Assembly: GCA_023251515.1 (NCBI GenBank)
Contig: JAHEYQ010000001.1
Span: 74,785 to 138,784 of the forward strand
Direction: 5' to 3'
From: Bacteroidales bacterium
GTDB taxonomy: Bacteria; Bacteroidota; Bacteroidia; Bacteroidales; JACABE01
DNA length: 64,000 nucleotides
Made by a program: the position numbers and the translations under genes. The notes under the pieces are model-generated. The model did not search any database. It was not told where the DNA came from and was given only the letters and a program-made list of their open reading frames with translations. Of this stretch, positions 49,210 through 59,018 are shown one piece after another (position 1 is the first letter of the stretch; the number at the start of each line of letters is the position of its first letter).

Positions 49210-49355
49210 TTTATTATTTTTAAAATTGCAAATTTAGAACAATTGGTTTATCTAAAAGTTGAAATATTGTGATTTTATTAAGAAAAAAGACCAATCTTTT
49301 TGTTTGAAAAGGATTGGTCTTTCATTAGATTTTTTTATAATATCCATAATGTCAT

Positions 49356-50564
49356 TTACATATGAAGCAAATGACCCATTTTTTCCTGTTTTGTTTTTAA
49401 ATACTCGAAATTGTATTTGTTTGGTTCTATTATTAATGGTAATATTTCAGTTATTGCAATACCATAACCTGTTAATCCTGCTTTTTTTACTGGGTTATTG
49501 CTTATTAATCTGATTTTATGTGCATTTAAATCTCTTAAAATTTGAGCTCCAATACCATAATCGCGTTCATCAGGTTTAAAACCAAGTTCCTCATTAGCTT
49601 CTACTGTATCTTTACCCATTTCCTGTAAGTGATAAGCTTTCAGTTTATTAAGCAAACCAATACCTCTTCCTTCCTGATTCATGTAAACGATTATTCCTTT
49701 GCCTTCTTTTTCAATCATTTCCATTGAACGGTGCAATTGCTGGCCGCAATCGCATTTGTAAGAACCAAATATATCGCCAGTTACACAAGAAGAATGAACT
49801 CTAACCAAAATAGGTTCATTTTCATTCCATTGTCCTTTAGTTAGTGCCAGATGAGTTAAACCATTATTTAACTGTGTGTAAGCAAAAAGTTTAAAGTTGC
49901 CGAATTCGGTAGGCATATTTACAACTTCTTCTCTTTTAATCAAACTTTCGTTTTTGATGCGGTAGGCAATTAAATCTTTGATTGTGATTATTTTCAGATT
50001 AAACTTTTCGGCAATTAAAACCAATTGAGGTAATCTGGCCATTGTTCCATCTTCATTCATAATTTCAACCAGAACTCCTACCGGTTGTAAGCCTGCTAAT
50101 CTAGCTAAATCTATACTTGCTTCAGTGTGTCCGGCTCTTTGTAAAACACCGCCATCTTTAGCTCTTAGTGGAAAAATATGTCCCGGACGACCATAATCTG
50201 AAGGTTTGGTTTTAGAATCTGTAAGTGCTTTGATGCTTTTTGCTCTGTCACTTGCAGAAATGCCTGTTGTGCAGCCATTTCCTAATAAATCAATAGAAAC
50301 AGTAAACTGAGTTTCGTGTGCTGATGTATTGTTGGAAACCATCATATGAAGGTCTAATTCGTTGCATCTATCAGCAGTTACTGGTGTACAGATTAATCCA
50401 CGACCATGTGTTGCCATAAAATTAACCAATTCGGGTGTAATAGTCTCAGCAGCTGTAATAAAGTCTCCTTCATTTTCGCGGTCTTCGTCATCCACCACTA
50501 TCAAAACTTTTCCATTGCGAAAGTCTTCTATGGCTTCTTCTATCGTATTAAGCTTGTATTCCAT
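49356..50564 (-). CDS. ribBA: Bifunctional 3,4-dihydroxy-2-butanone-4-phosphate synthase / GTP cyclohydrolase II
   Basis: DRENEGDFI (DHBP synthase) and [21 protein letters not shown] (GCHII zinc site). I prefer the start at [12 protein letters not shown] (50564) over the track start at 50594. Confidence 0.93.
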   Translation of the reverse strand: MEYKLNTIEEAIEDFRNGKVLIVVDDEDRENEGDFITAAETITPELVNFMATHGRGLICTPVTADRCNELDLHMMVSNNTSAHETQFTVSIDLLGNGCTTGISASDRAKSIKALTDSKTKPSDYGRPGHIFPLRAKDGGVLQRAGHTEASIDLARLAGLQPVGVLVEIMNEDGTMARLPQLVLIAEKFNLKIITIKDLIAYRIKNESLIKREEVVNMPTEFGNFKLFAYTQLNNGLTHLALTKGQWNENEPILVRVHSSCVTGDIFGSYKCDCGQQLHRSMEMIEKEGKGIIVYMNQEGRGIGLLNKLKAYHLQEMGKDTVEANEELGFKPDERDYGIGAQILRDLNAHKIRLISNNPVKKAGLTGYGIAITEILPLIIEPNKYNFEYLKTKQEKMGHLLHM

Positions 50565-50754
50565 TGTTTTAAATCCCATCGAAAATATTTGCAAAAGTAA
50601 TAATTTTTATCAGTTTTATTATTATGCTTTTGTTGTGTTTATTTATTTTATTTGCTGATATTTTCTATTTAATTAAGATTAAATGAGTTCAGCAATTCTT
50701 TTTTTAATTATTGAATTGTTTTTTTTACTTTTGTAATATATTAATATTGTTACA

Positions 50755-51765
50755 ATGAAGAAATTTTTTGTTTTATTTTTATTATTCCTTGGTTTTCTTA
50801 AAATAAACTTGGCAGGAGAAAATCCTAAGGCTAAGATTTATATTTATCGACAGAATAATTTTTATGCTTCCGGTGTAAGTTATAAGATTTTTGCAAATGA
50901 TAGTTTGCTCACCAGACTTAGAATTAATTCTTATGTAATTTATGATTGTTTGCCTGGTGATTATACAATTAGCATTAATAAACTATCTGAAAGCAGGATT
51001 AAAGTTAATATTGAAGAAGGGAAAACTTATTTTATAAAGTTTAATGTAAATATGGGCTTTTGGTCGGCTAAGCCTGAACTTTTGCTTTTGCAGGATACTG
51101 CTTTTGCTCTTTCTCAGATAAATAATGGAAATCTTAAGCGAAGTACTGTTGATCCCCGTTTACCTTTTATAAGACCAAAAAGCAGAATTGGTTTTAATTT
51201 GGCAATTGGAGGAGGTTTGCATTCCACTACTATGTTTTATACCAATTCAGGAAATGCTTCTTTAAGTACCGGCGGAGGTTATGGCATTGGTGCAAAATAT
51301 GGCTATGAAATTACTAATCATCTGGATATTGCCTTAGATCTTAATTATCAGTTTAGTATTCTTATTCCTTATCTTAATAATGCAACTTCAACTTTTAAAA
51401 GGGGTTATATTTCTATTACTCCTTCATATATTATTCCTTTGCAAGATGGTGAACGTATGCGTATAAAAATAGGTGGTGGTTACGATTATTACTTCGATAA
51501 TATGATAATAATTGGTGGTATAAATGTTCCAAATGGCGGTTTTAATGATACCTGGAAATATGATAAAACTTCGGGCTGGCATGCTTGTGCAAACTTCGAA
51601 TTAAATTATTCGGATAAAATATCGCTTAACTTTGGTGTTAAATATTATAATGTAAAATATAGTTTTAAATCAAGTTCGCTGATGATACCAAAGGATGAAA
51701 GTGGTCTTAAGAATCCTGATGGAAGCGGTGTTGATATATTAATGGGTGTATTTTATCATTTTTAG
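50755..51765 (+). CDS. Outer-membrane beta-barrel protein with DUF2846-like N-terminal domain (tentative)
   Basis: 336 aa with a signal peptide, an IYIYRQNNFYASGVSYKIFAND segment, an alternating-hydrophobic C-terminal half, and a terminal YHF. Confidence 0.5.
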   Translation: MKKFFVLFLLFLGFLKINLAGENPKAKIYIYRQNNFYASGVSYKIFANDSLLTRLRINSYVIYDCLPGDYTISINKLSESRIKVNIEEGKTYFIKFNVNMGFWSAKPELLLLQDTAFALSQINNGNLKRSTVDPRLPFIRPKSRIGFNLAIGGGLHSTTMFYTNSGNASLSTGGGYGIGAKYGYEITNHLDIALDLNYQFSILIPYLNNATSTFKRGYISITPSYIIPLQDGERMRIKIGGGYDYYFDNMIIIGGINVPNGGFNDTWKYDKTSGWHACANFELNYSDKISLNFGVKYYNVKYSFKSSSLMIPKDESGLKNPDGSGVDILMGVFYHF

Positions 51766-51772
51766 TATGGTA

Positions 51773-52492
51773 TTAATAAACAAATTTTATATCATCAATA
51801 TATAAAGTGCTGCCGGCTTGCCCTTTGAAGTTTTCGCCTCCACCGCTTGATACAAAAACAATTTTTATTGAATCGGGTTGTTGATTCATTATTTTATAAT
51901 CAAAGTTTAAATTAAATAACTGGTAATTGCTTACGGTGTTTTTTATTACAAAACTTGCCTGAGCTATGGTGTCGGAATACATTTTGGCAGGATTGTATCT
52001 GCTTATATTTGCATAAATTACTGCTGAATCACCTTTTACTGATATGTATTTGTAATAACCTTGAAACCCAATTGGTTTGGATGTAAATGCGTTGCCTTGC
52101 AATATAAAAGGATCTGTGTAAATAAATCTTCCTATGGTTAGGAGCCCGGGTATAAGTAAGCCTTCTGAGGTGGTATCTCCCCATATTTTGCTTTCGAGTT
52201 TAACGGCATAATTGCCGTTGTGTTTGTCGATAGTTTTACTTACGGTGATGGGAGCTCCGAGTTTTGCCAGTGTATTTAAAGTAGTCCACCAGCCACTTGG
52301 CTCTTCAAAACTGATGTTGTTTTGGGTGGTTTTTGTCCAATATTCCATACCGGTGTTTAATGTATCTGTTTTAGGTAATGCATCGGAAATAATGTTTGAA
52401 TTATTGGGCGGAACTGCATTGTCGGTTTTGCTGCACGAATAGAAAGTTATCGGTAAAATTGTTAATATTAGCAGTTTAATTGTTAATCTCAT
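51773..52492 (-). CDS. PCMD-domain lipoprotein (putative carbohydrate-metabolism domain)
   Basis: I prefer the start at MRLTIKLLILTILPITFYSC (lipobox). WWTTLNTLAKLG...HNGNYAVKLESKIWG...LIPGLLTIGRF follows the PCMD pattern. Confidence 0.55.
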   Translation of the reverse strand: MRLTIKLLILTILPITFYSCSKTDNAVPPNNSNIISDALPKTDTLNTGMEYWTKTTQNNISFEEPSGWWTTLNTLAKLGAPITVSKTIDKHNGNYAVKLESKIWGDTTSEGLLIPGLLTIGRFIYTDPFILQGNAFTSKPIGFQGYYKYISVKGDSAVIYANISRYNPAKMYSDTIAQASFVIKNTVSNYQLFNLNFDYKIMNQQPDSIKIVFVSSGGGENFKGQAGSTLYIDDIKFVY

Positions 52493-52585
52493 CGAAATTA
52501 TAGTTTTTTGTTTTATTGTCATATTCAAATGCTTTATTTTTGTAGCTTAATTATTTGTATTATTTATCAAAATTACTCAATAAAC

Positions 52586-54763
52586 ATGAAGAAAAAACTT
52601 TTGTTTGCAATTTTTTGCTTGTTTTTTTTACATTTCTCAAGCATTGCACAAACTGATACAAAAAAGATAACACTGGAAGATATCTGGCTGAAGGGTACGT
52701 TTCGTCCCGGCTTTATTCAGGAAATACGTTCGATGAAAGATGGTGAGCATTATTGCATTTTGCAGGAGAATTCTATCAAAAAATATGCTTACAAGGATGG
52801 TAAATTGCAATCTGATATTCTGGATGCTTCTAAAATAAAACTTAAAGATGTAGCGAAATTTGAAATAGACGATTATCAGTTTAATAATACCGAAAGCAAA
52901 ATATTAATTTCGATTAATACCGAGCCTATTTATCGTCATTCATCAGTTTCGGATTTTTATATTTATGATATGAAAATGGCTTCGGTTACCGAATTGTCGA
53001 AAGGTGGAAAAATAAGATTGGCTGAGTTTTCGCCCGATGGTAGTTTGATTGCTTTTTTGAGAGATAATAATCTGTTTATTAAAAATCTGGTGGATAATAC
53101 CGAAAAGCAGATTACCATTGATGGAAAAATTAATAATATCATTTATGGTTCTACCGATTGGGTTTATGAAGAAGAGTTTGGTTTTACAAAAGCATTCTTC
53201 TGGTCGGCTGATGGCAAAAAACTGGCTTACTATCGCTTCGACGAAAGCAAAGTGAAGGAATATACCATGCAGATGTATGGCGATTTGTATCCTGAACAGT
53301 ATAATTACAAATATCCGAAAGCCGGCGAAGATAATTCGGTGGTTAGTATTCATACTTATGATGTTGCAAGTGGCAAAATAATGAAAATGGATATCGGAGC
53401 CGAAACCAATCAATATATTCCGCGCATAAAATGGACTCTCGATAATAATACGCTTGCCATTTTGAGGATGAATCGTTTGCAGAATAAACTCGAAATTCTT
53501 TTAAATAATGCCATTGATGGCAGTTCGAAGCTTATTTATACCGAAAACAATAAGTATTACATTGATATTAATGATGATTTACACTTTTTGAGCAATAATC
53601 AGTTTATAATGAGCAGCGAAAAGGATGGGTATAATCATATTTATCTTTACGATTTGAATGGTAAATTAATTAAGCAATTAACATCTGGAAAGTGGGATAT
53701 TGTTGAAGTGAAGGGTGTTGATGAAAAGAATAAGACTATTTATTTTCAATCGTCCGAATCGGGTGCTATAAATAAAGATTTGTGTGCTGTAAAATTTGAT
53801 GGCAGCAAAAAACAAATATTGTCAACCCAAAAAGGAAGTAATGATGCTGATTTCAGCAATAATTTTAAGTATTATATCAGTACTTTTTCTGACGGGAATA
53901 CACCTTCTATATATACCATTAATGCTGCTAATGGCAAAGAGTTGGTTAGTTTAGAAAAAAATGAAAAACTTTCCGAAACACTTAAAAATTATGGCTTTGC
54001 CAAAAAAGAATTTTCGACTTTGAAAACCGAAAATGGCATAGAATTGAACTATTGGATTATAAAACCTCTGAATTTTGATGCCAACAAAAAGTATCCTTTG
54101 CTGATGTACGTTTACGGAGGTCCGGGACACAATACGGTAACAAATTCGTATGGCTACAGCGATTTGTCGTGGTTTGAAATGCTGGCTCAGAAGGGTTATA
54201 TTGTAGTTTCGGTTGATAACAGAGGCACTGGCTTCCGTGGCGAAGAGTTTAAGAAATGTACTTATAAAGAACTGGGTAAACTGGAAACCGAAGATCAGAT
54301 AGGGGCTGCCAAATACTTTGGAACACAGTCGTATATCGACAAAGATCGTATCGGAATTTTTGGGTGGAGTTATGGTGGTTTTATGTCAACCTTGTGTATG
54401 ACCAAAGGTGCCGATTATTTTAAAGCAGGTATTGCCGTAGCACCTGTTACCAACTGGAGATACTACGATAATATTTATACCGAACGTTTTATGCGTACCC
54501 CACAGGAAAATGCATCGGGTTACGACGACAATTCGCCCATTAATCATGTAAAGAAATTAAAGGGAAAATATTTGCTTGTACACGGAACAGGTGACGATAA
54601 TGTGCATGTTCAGAACTCTATGGATTTAATTACTGCATTGGTTAATGCCAACAAGCAATTCGAAATGCAGTTTTATCCCAATAAGAACCATAGCATTTAT
54701 GGCGGTTATACCCGATTTCATTTATACAAACGCATGACAGAGTTTTTGCTGAATAATTTGTAG
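52586..54763 (+). CDS. Dipeptidyl-peptidase IV (S9B family)
   Basis: I prefer the start at the MKKKLLFAIFCLFFLHFSSIAQ signal peptide. It has a DPPIV N-terminal propeller region, the nucleophile motif GWSYGGFMS, and GTGDDNVH. Confidence 0.9.
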   Translation: MKKKLLFAIFCLFFLHFSSIAQTDTKKITLEDIWLKGTFRPGFIQEIRSMKDGEHYCILQENSIKKYAYKDGKLQSDILDASKIKLKDVAKFEIDDYQFNNTESKILISINTEPIYRHSSVSDFYIYDMKMASVTELSKGGKIRLAEFSPDGSLIAFLRDNNLFIKNLVDNTEKQITIDGKINNIIYGSTDWVYEEEFGFTKAFFWSADGKKLAYYRFDESKVKEYTMQMYGDLYPEQYNYKYPKAGEDNSVVSIHTYDVASGKIMKMDIGAETNQYIPRIKWTLDNNTLAILRMNRLQNKLEILLNNAIDGSSKLIYTENNKYYIDINDDLHFLSNNQFIMSSEKDGYNHIYLYDLNGKLIKQLTSGKWDIVEVKGVDEKNKTIYFQSSESGAINKDLCAVKFDGSKKQILSTQKGSNDADFSNNFKYYISTFSDGNTPSIYTINAANGKELVSLEKNEKLSETLKNYGFAKKEFSTLKTENGIELNYWIIKPLNFDANKKYPLLMYVYGGPGHNTVTNSYGYSDLSWFEMLAQKGYIVVSVDNRGTGFRGEEFKKCTYKELGKLETEDQIGAAKYFGTQSYIDKDRIGIFGWSYGGFMSTLCMTKGADYFKAGIAVAPVTNWRYYDNIYTERFMRTPQENASGYDDNSPINHVKKLKGKYLLVHGTGDDNVHVQNSMDLITALVNANKQFEMQFYPNKNHSIYGGYTRFHLYKRMTEFLLNNL

Positions 54764-54835
54764 CTGAATAAATAAAGACAATTATCTAATACTAACAATA
54801 AAAATCAATACGATCACCAAATTATAGTTTGAATT

Positions 54836-55249
54836 TTATTGGCTTTTGATAAAGGGTTTTGAAATGTATCTGAATAGCATTTCAAAACCCTTTTCTTTTT
54901 TATATTTGCCGTATATGTTAATGGAAAATAAAAAATATATCTGAAATACTTCATTATATAAAAAATATTCATTGATGATGGTATCCATAACGTTAGTGAA
55001 CCCGATTTCATTAATGACGATGGTATAACGGACACCCGTGAATCCGATTTCATTAATGACGATGGCATTCTTAACGTTAGTGAACCCGATTTCATTAATG
55101 ATGATGGCATCCTTAACGATAGCGAACCCGATTTCATTAATGATGATGTCATCCTTAACGTTAGGGAACCCGATATCATTAATGACGATGGCATCCTTAA
55201 CATTAGTGAACATGATTTCATTAATGACGACGGCATCACGGATATTCAT
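54836..55249 (-). CDS. Candidate 14-residue tandem-repeat protein (consensus NEIGFTNVKDAIVI x ~7)
   Basis: This is the only frame that spans every repeat. Its ATG sits at the first repeat. Inter-repeat changes are often synonymous or conservative (V/I, K/R, E/D, D/N), and the only length change is 3 nt. The 3' end is uncertain because the ORF runs through the DPP4 terminator. Confidence 0.4.
   Translation of the reverse strand: MNIRDAVVINEIMFTNVKDAIVINDIGFPNVKDDIIINEIGFAIVKDAIIINEIGFTNVKNAIVINEIGFTGVRYTIVINEIGFTNVMDTIINEYFLYNEVFQIYFLFSINIYGKYKKEKGFEMLFRYISKPFIKSQ
54854..54900 (+). terminator. Strong hairpin terminator GGGTTTTGAAATG-(11 nt)-CATTTCAAAACCC + T-run
   Basis: Perfect 13-bp stem followed by TTTTCTTTTTT, about 90 nt after the DPP4 stop. 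Confidence 0.75.
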
Positions 55250-55250
55250 A
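54970..55250. repeat. Tandem array, 42-bp unit x about 6.7 (consensus CATTAATGACGATGGCATCCTTAACGTTAGTGAACCCGATTT)
   Basis: Unit starts at 54970 (a 39-nt unit), 55009, 55051, 55093, 55135, 55177 and 55219, read directly from the sequence. Confidence 0.9.
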
Positions 55251-55401
55251 AATCAGAAATATTAATTGAAAATTGAATATGAAATATATCAATAATAAAT
55301 ATTTTAAAAATTAAGGAAAAAAGAAAAATAAATTAATATTTTGTTTTGTCATATTATAAAATATTTGTTTCTTTGTGTCATAAATTTTAAAAAATTAATA
55401 T

Positions 55402-56367
55402 ATGAGAAAGAGACCCTGGTTATATTTATATAACCCATTTTTAAGCTCAAGAATCAGCGATATAATCCTATATCAAATAGCTGAATATTTGTACAAAGTA
55501 TTAATTAATGAGCAGGCTGATGTCGAAATCAAAAACTGGTTGGTAATATTTGAGCCAATATATTTGAAGTTCAAAACCGCATTCAATCAGTTTCATTCCA
55601 ATAAAGGTGTTTCTGTAGGCGAAACACAGCGTTTCAATGAACTGATGGATATGATGCCCGACAAAGTTCATCAATGGATGCACGATGTAGAGGATGAATA
55701 TTTGAATACAACACCCGATTTTAAAGCCATTTTCATTGGTGGTAAAACATCATTTAATAAAGGTAAAATCGAAAAGCGTCTCAACAGAATATCGGAACTT
55801 GAATTAACATTGATTAATTATCCTTCCTTAGATTCTATTATGCAAGATGTTAAAAGTTACAGGGTTCAGTTAGATCAGAACAAAACCACCAAAATATGTA
55901 AGTATGATGATGTAAATAAATTATCTGATTTAATAGATGAATTGCATATAGAACTTGCCGAAATTATGTATTGTATATTAGGCAAAGCCATTTCATATTA
56001 TTATAAAAAGCCAGCGGAAGTAGAACGCTTTTTCAAACAAAGCCTGCTACGCACCAAAAGCCCTAAAACCAATGACGAATCAGATGCTTATGTACTTGGT
56101 ATAGATATGGCAGGCTCAGCCGTAGCCGATTTTGAGCTAAAAGCCGGAAAAACCTATGTATTTAAGAACAATGGCAATCAATCACTGTATTTTGCAGGCA
56201 TAGCCAATATAAGCGATGTGCCCGCAGCCGCAAATTTAACCGAGCTGCAAGCCACTACCGAAGCAGAGATTACTGCCGAAGCCTTAGGCTATCCGCAAAA
56301 CCGCATGGTTTATTTTCAGAACAAATCAACCACAATGGAAGGTGAAGTAGAAATAACTGAAATCTAA
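55402..56367 (+). CDS. Hypothetical protein (orphan to me)
   Basis: 321 aa with a helical-looking N-terminal two-thirds and a beta-rich C-terminal third. The 3' third is visibly G+C-richer than its surroundings. Confidence 0.5.
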   Translation: MRKRPWLYLYNPFLSSRISDIILYQIAEYLYKVLINEQADVEIKNWLVIFEPIYLKFKTAFNQFHSNKGVSVGETQRFNELMDMMPDKVHQWMHDVEDEYLNTTPDFKAIFIGGKTSFNKGKIEKRLNRISELELTLINYPSLDSIMQDVKSYRVQLDQNKTTKICKYDDVNKLSDLIDELHIELAEIMYCILGKAISYYYKKPAEVERFFKQSLLRTKSPKTNDESDAYVLGIDMAGSAVADFELKAGKTYVFKNNGNQSLYFAGIANISDVPAAANLTELQATTEAEITAEALGYPQNRMVYFQNKSTTMEGEVEITEI

Positions 56368-56379
56368 AAAAAATACATT

Positions 56380-56418
56380 ACTCAACTCGTTGGGTTTGTA
56401 TTACCCGACGGGTTGAGT
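56380..56418 (+). terminator. Imperfect hairpin after the 321-aa gene
   Basis: ACTCAACTCGTTGGG ... CCCGACGGGTTGAGT (two G-U pairs). There is no clear U-run. Confidence 0.35.
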
Positions 56419-56452
56419 TATAGAAATTATCAATATCATACTTTAAATTAAT

Positions 56453-56482
56453 AAAGGCTGCCTTGTTTCCAAAGCAGCCTTT
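56453..56482 (-). terminator. Hairpin terminator after the TonB-dependent receptor
   Basis: AAAGGCTGC ... GCAGCCTTT, with a T-rich tract following on the - strand. Confidence 0.55.
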
Positions 56483-56512
56483 TAACTAAACACTTATTTA
56501 TTTACTTAAATT

Positions 56513-58960
56513 TTAAAAATTAGCTCTTAAGCTAACGATAAGGTTACGTCCCGGAGCACTTATGCCCGAAGCAAAATGACGGTAGTATCTGTCCATAATA
56601 TTTTCCATACCTACCTGCACATTCAGTATTTTGTTTACCTGATAAGCAGTACGCAAGTTTAAAGTGTACCAAGATGGAGTGCCGTCAACAGTAGCTTGTG
56701 GCAGGTTATCTTCGCCGCTTGCACTGTAATCTTCCAAATGTTTCCAGCCATTGTAGCGTGCATAAACTTCGGCTTTAAACTTTTTGGTTTCATATTTTAC
56801 CGAAGTCATACCAAACATAGGTGGTATATGATCCAAAGGAACATCGCCATCTTTCAATCTGCCATAAGTATAGGTAAGGCTGCTGTTTAGCGATATTTTT
56901 TCGTTCAGCTGCAGCAAAACATTTCCCTGCAATCCATACACATAAGCCTCGCCTGCATTAGTTGCAGTTTGAACAGCAGTTTTCTTTCCGCTCCAAACTA
57001 TGGTGTCCAGTCCGTTAAACTTCGAAGCTCTCACAACAATAGCATCTTTAAGCATGGTATAAAAACCGGTAAGTTCAACATGAACCATATTGTTAATGGT
57101 TTTGCCAATAGTTAAATCAGCATTATAAGCAAACTCAGGTTTTAAATCAGGATTTGGCAACACAATAACGCTTCCCGATTTAGAATCGTTAACCTTTGTC
57201 ATATCATCCACATTCGGAGCACGAAAACCCGATGAAGCTATCAAAGCAAAACGCCAATCGCTACCCGGCATATAAACCAAACCCAAATTGCCGTTGAAAG
57301 CAGCACTGTTTTGTTCAACCGTTTTATCAAACGGAAATTTGGTAATCTTCATCATGGTATCAGTATATTCAGCCTTCATGCTGATGCTGCTCAGACGAAT
57401 ACCCTGCGAAAAGATTAGTTTTTTGCTCAATTCCCAGTTGTGAGTGGCATAAGCTGCAAGTGTTGTATAATCACTTCCGTTATCGGGATAGCGGCTTGGA
57501 TTGTTTAAGGTTTTAACGAACGTATTTACATTAAGATTGTAAGCATAACTACCTACGTGATTATAAGCAGCTTCAATACCATAACGCAATTCGTTCTTCT
57601 CGGTAATCTTCTTCATAAAATCAGCATTCAGCGACATTACATCCACTGTTTCCTCCTGATGGCTTTCGGCAGTTGACTTGAATTTGCGATTAATACGATC
57701 TTCGCTTATGTTCTGATATGCAGCAGTAATAGCAGCATTGTCATAAAAACCATGATTATTATTAAGTTCAGTTCTTAAAGAAGCAAACAAGCGGGTTTGA
57801 GGACCATAATACCAGTCGGAATACTTCAGAATGGTATCGCCAACCATTTCTGCAAGTCTGTCGTAACGTGGCACATCGCCCGAATTTGAATATTGCAGAT
57901 TAAGAATAAACTTCATTTTATCATTAGGCTGGAATAAAACTTTCTGCATCAGATCATATTGAGTATATCCGGTTTTTTTCTGAATTAAAGGATCGCTATT
58001 ACTCAACATCGAGTCTTTGCCATTATTTCTTTCGGCATAAAACATCGATTTGCCCCAATTGCCATATTTACTATCTCTGCCATTGGCACCCATTCGCAAA
58101 TCACCAAGGTTTTTATAAGAAATATTGGTTAAAAAAGCCCATTTCTTTAAACCTAAATTTACATTAATATTACCATAGAACTCATTGTTTGCCGAAGAAT
58201 AACGTGTAGCAAAACCCGATTTCACCATGATTTTATCATCGGCAGAAAGCATCGGATTTTTAGTGTAAAACGACATTACACCACCAATTGCATCGCTGCC
58301 ATACATTACCGAACCAGGACCGAAAACAACTTCAACTCTGTCTAACATTGCAGGGTCGATGGTAATTATATTTTGCAAATGCCCACTACGATAAATAGCA
58401 TTATTCATACGAACGCCATCCATTACCATCAACACTTTATTGGCTTCGAAACCACGCAAAACAGGACTGCTACCGCCCATCTGGCTTTGTTGTATAAAAA
58501 CATTTCCTGTCTGTTGCAGCATATCGCCGGCAGTTTGAGGATTATTAAAAGCAATCTGTTTACTTCCGATAACTTCAATACGTTGAGGAATATCCGATTT
58601 GTTTTCCATCACTTTGTTTGCCGACATTACAAACTCGTCGAGCTTAATTACATTATCAGTAAGCATCACCACGTTTCCGGCAGCAATTATATCTTTTTTA
58701 GATATTGTAATGGTTTGATAAGCTACATGTTTAAACATCAGTAACTCATCCTGTCCAAACTTACTGATATCTGCATTACCATTTTTGTTGGTGGTTGCAG
58801 AATTAGTTTTACCCATAACAGCCACATTTTCTATTGGCTGTAAATCAGATTTGTCGATAACTTTAATAGATTGTGCAAATCCTGTAACAGTTATAATAAC
58901 TGCAATTAAAAAAGAACTTAATTTTCTCATATATCTATAAATTTTAATTTTATTATTCAT
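56513..58960 (-). CDS. TonB-dependent receptor (CarboxypepD_reg-like N-domain + plug + barrel)
   Basis: 815 aa with a signal peptide (the start could be the internal MRKLSSFLIAV at 58930), IKVIDKSDLQPIENVAV, a plug region, and a C-terminal ...NLIVSLRANF. Confidence 0.85.
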   Translation of the reverse strand: MNNKIKIYRYMRKLSSFLIAVIITVTGFAQSIKVIDKSDLQPIENVAVMGKTNSATTNKNGNADISKFGQDELLMFKHVAYQTITISKKDIIAAGNVVMLTDNVIKLDEFVMSANKVMENKSDIPQRIEVIGSKQIAFNNPQTAGDMLQQTGNVFIQQSQMGGSSPVLRGFEANKVLMVMDGVRMNNAIYRSGHLQNIITIDPAMLDRVEVVFGPGSVMYGSDAIGGVMSFYTKNPMLSADDKIMVKSGFATRYSSANNEFYGNINVNLGLKKWAFLTNISYKNLGDLRMGANGRDSKYGNWGKSMFYAERNNGKDSMLSNSDPLIQKKTGYTQYDLMQKVLFQPNDKMKFILNLQYSNSGDVPRYDRLAEMVGDTILKYSDWYYGPQTRLFASLRTELNNNHGFYDNAAITAAYQNISEDRINRKFKSTAESHQEETVDVMSLNADFMKKITEKNELRYGIEAAYNHVGSYAYNLNVNTFVKTLNNPSRYPDNGSDYTTLAAYATHNWELSKKLIFSQGIRLSSISMKAEYTDTMMKITKFPFDKTVEQNSAAFNGNLGLVYMPGSDWRFALIASSGFRAPNVDDMTKVNDSKSGSVIVLPNPDLKPEFAYNADLTIGKTINNMVHVELTGFYTMLKDAIVVRASKFNGLDTIVWSGKKTAVQTATNAGEAYVYGLQGNVLLQLNEKISLNSSLTYTYGRLKDGDVPLDHIPPMFGMTSVKYETKKFKAEVYARYNGWKHLEDYSASGEDNLPQATVDGTPSWYTLNLRTAYQVNKILNVQVGMENIMDRYYRHFASGISAPGRNLIVSLRANF

Positions 58961-58967
58961 GTTTAAT

Positions 58968-59000
58968 ATACCTGACAGGTTTAATTAACCTGTCAGGTAT
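58968..59000 (-). promoter_or_regulatory. 14-bp perfect-stem hairpin ATACCTGACAGGTT-TAATT-AACCTGTCAGGTAT between the C10 protease and the receptor
   Basis: Checked base by base. No flanking U-run, so it could be a terminator, a processing site or a protein-binding site. Confidence 0.45.
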
Positions 59001-59018
59001 TATTATTTAAATTATATA

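Noticed and set aside
50565-50754. FMN (RFN) riboswitch upstream of ribBA
   Set aside because: I expected one and looked for it. The leader is uniformly AT-rich, with none of the conserved G+C-rich RFN helices.
52508-52585. N-terminal extensions of tracked ORFs (DPP4 from 52508, ribBA from 50594, PCMD protein from 52528, 24049..24300)
   Set aside because: Internal ATGs give canonical signal peptides, lipoboxes or conserved N-termini. The extensions overlap neighbouring genes or promoters.
54970-55250. CRISPR array
   Set aside because: The 42-bp units are directly contiguous with no unique spacers, and no cas genes or leader are nearby. It is a plain tandem repeat.
54814-55265. Alternative ORFs over the tandem array (54814..55239 -, S/L/M-rich; 55038..55265 +, NPISLMTMASLTLV repeats)
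   Set aside because: These translations are low-complexity. The + frame is broken by a TAA in the second unit. The INEIGFTNVK frame is more protein-like and spans all units.
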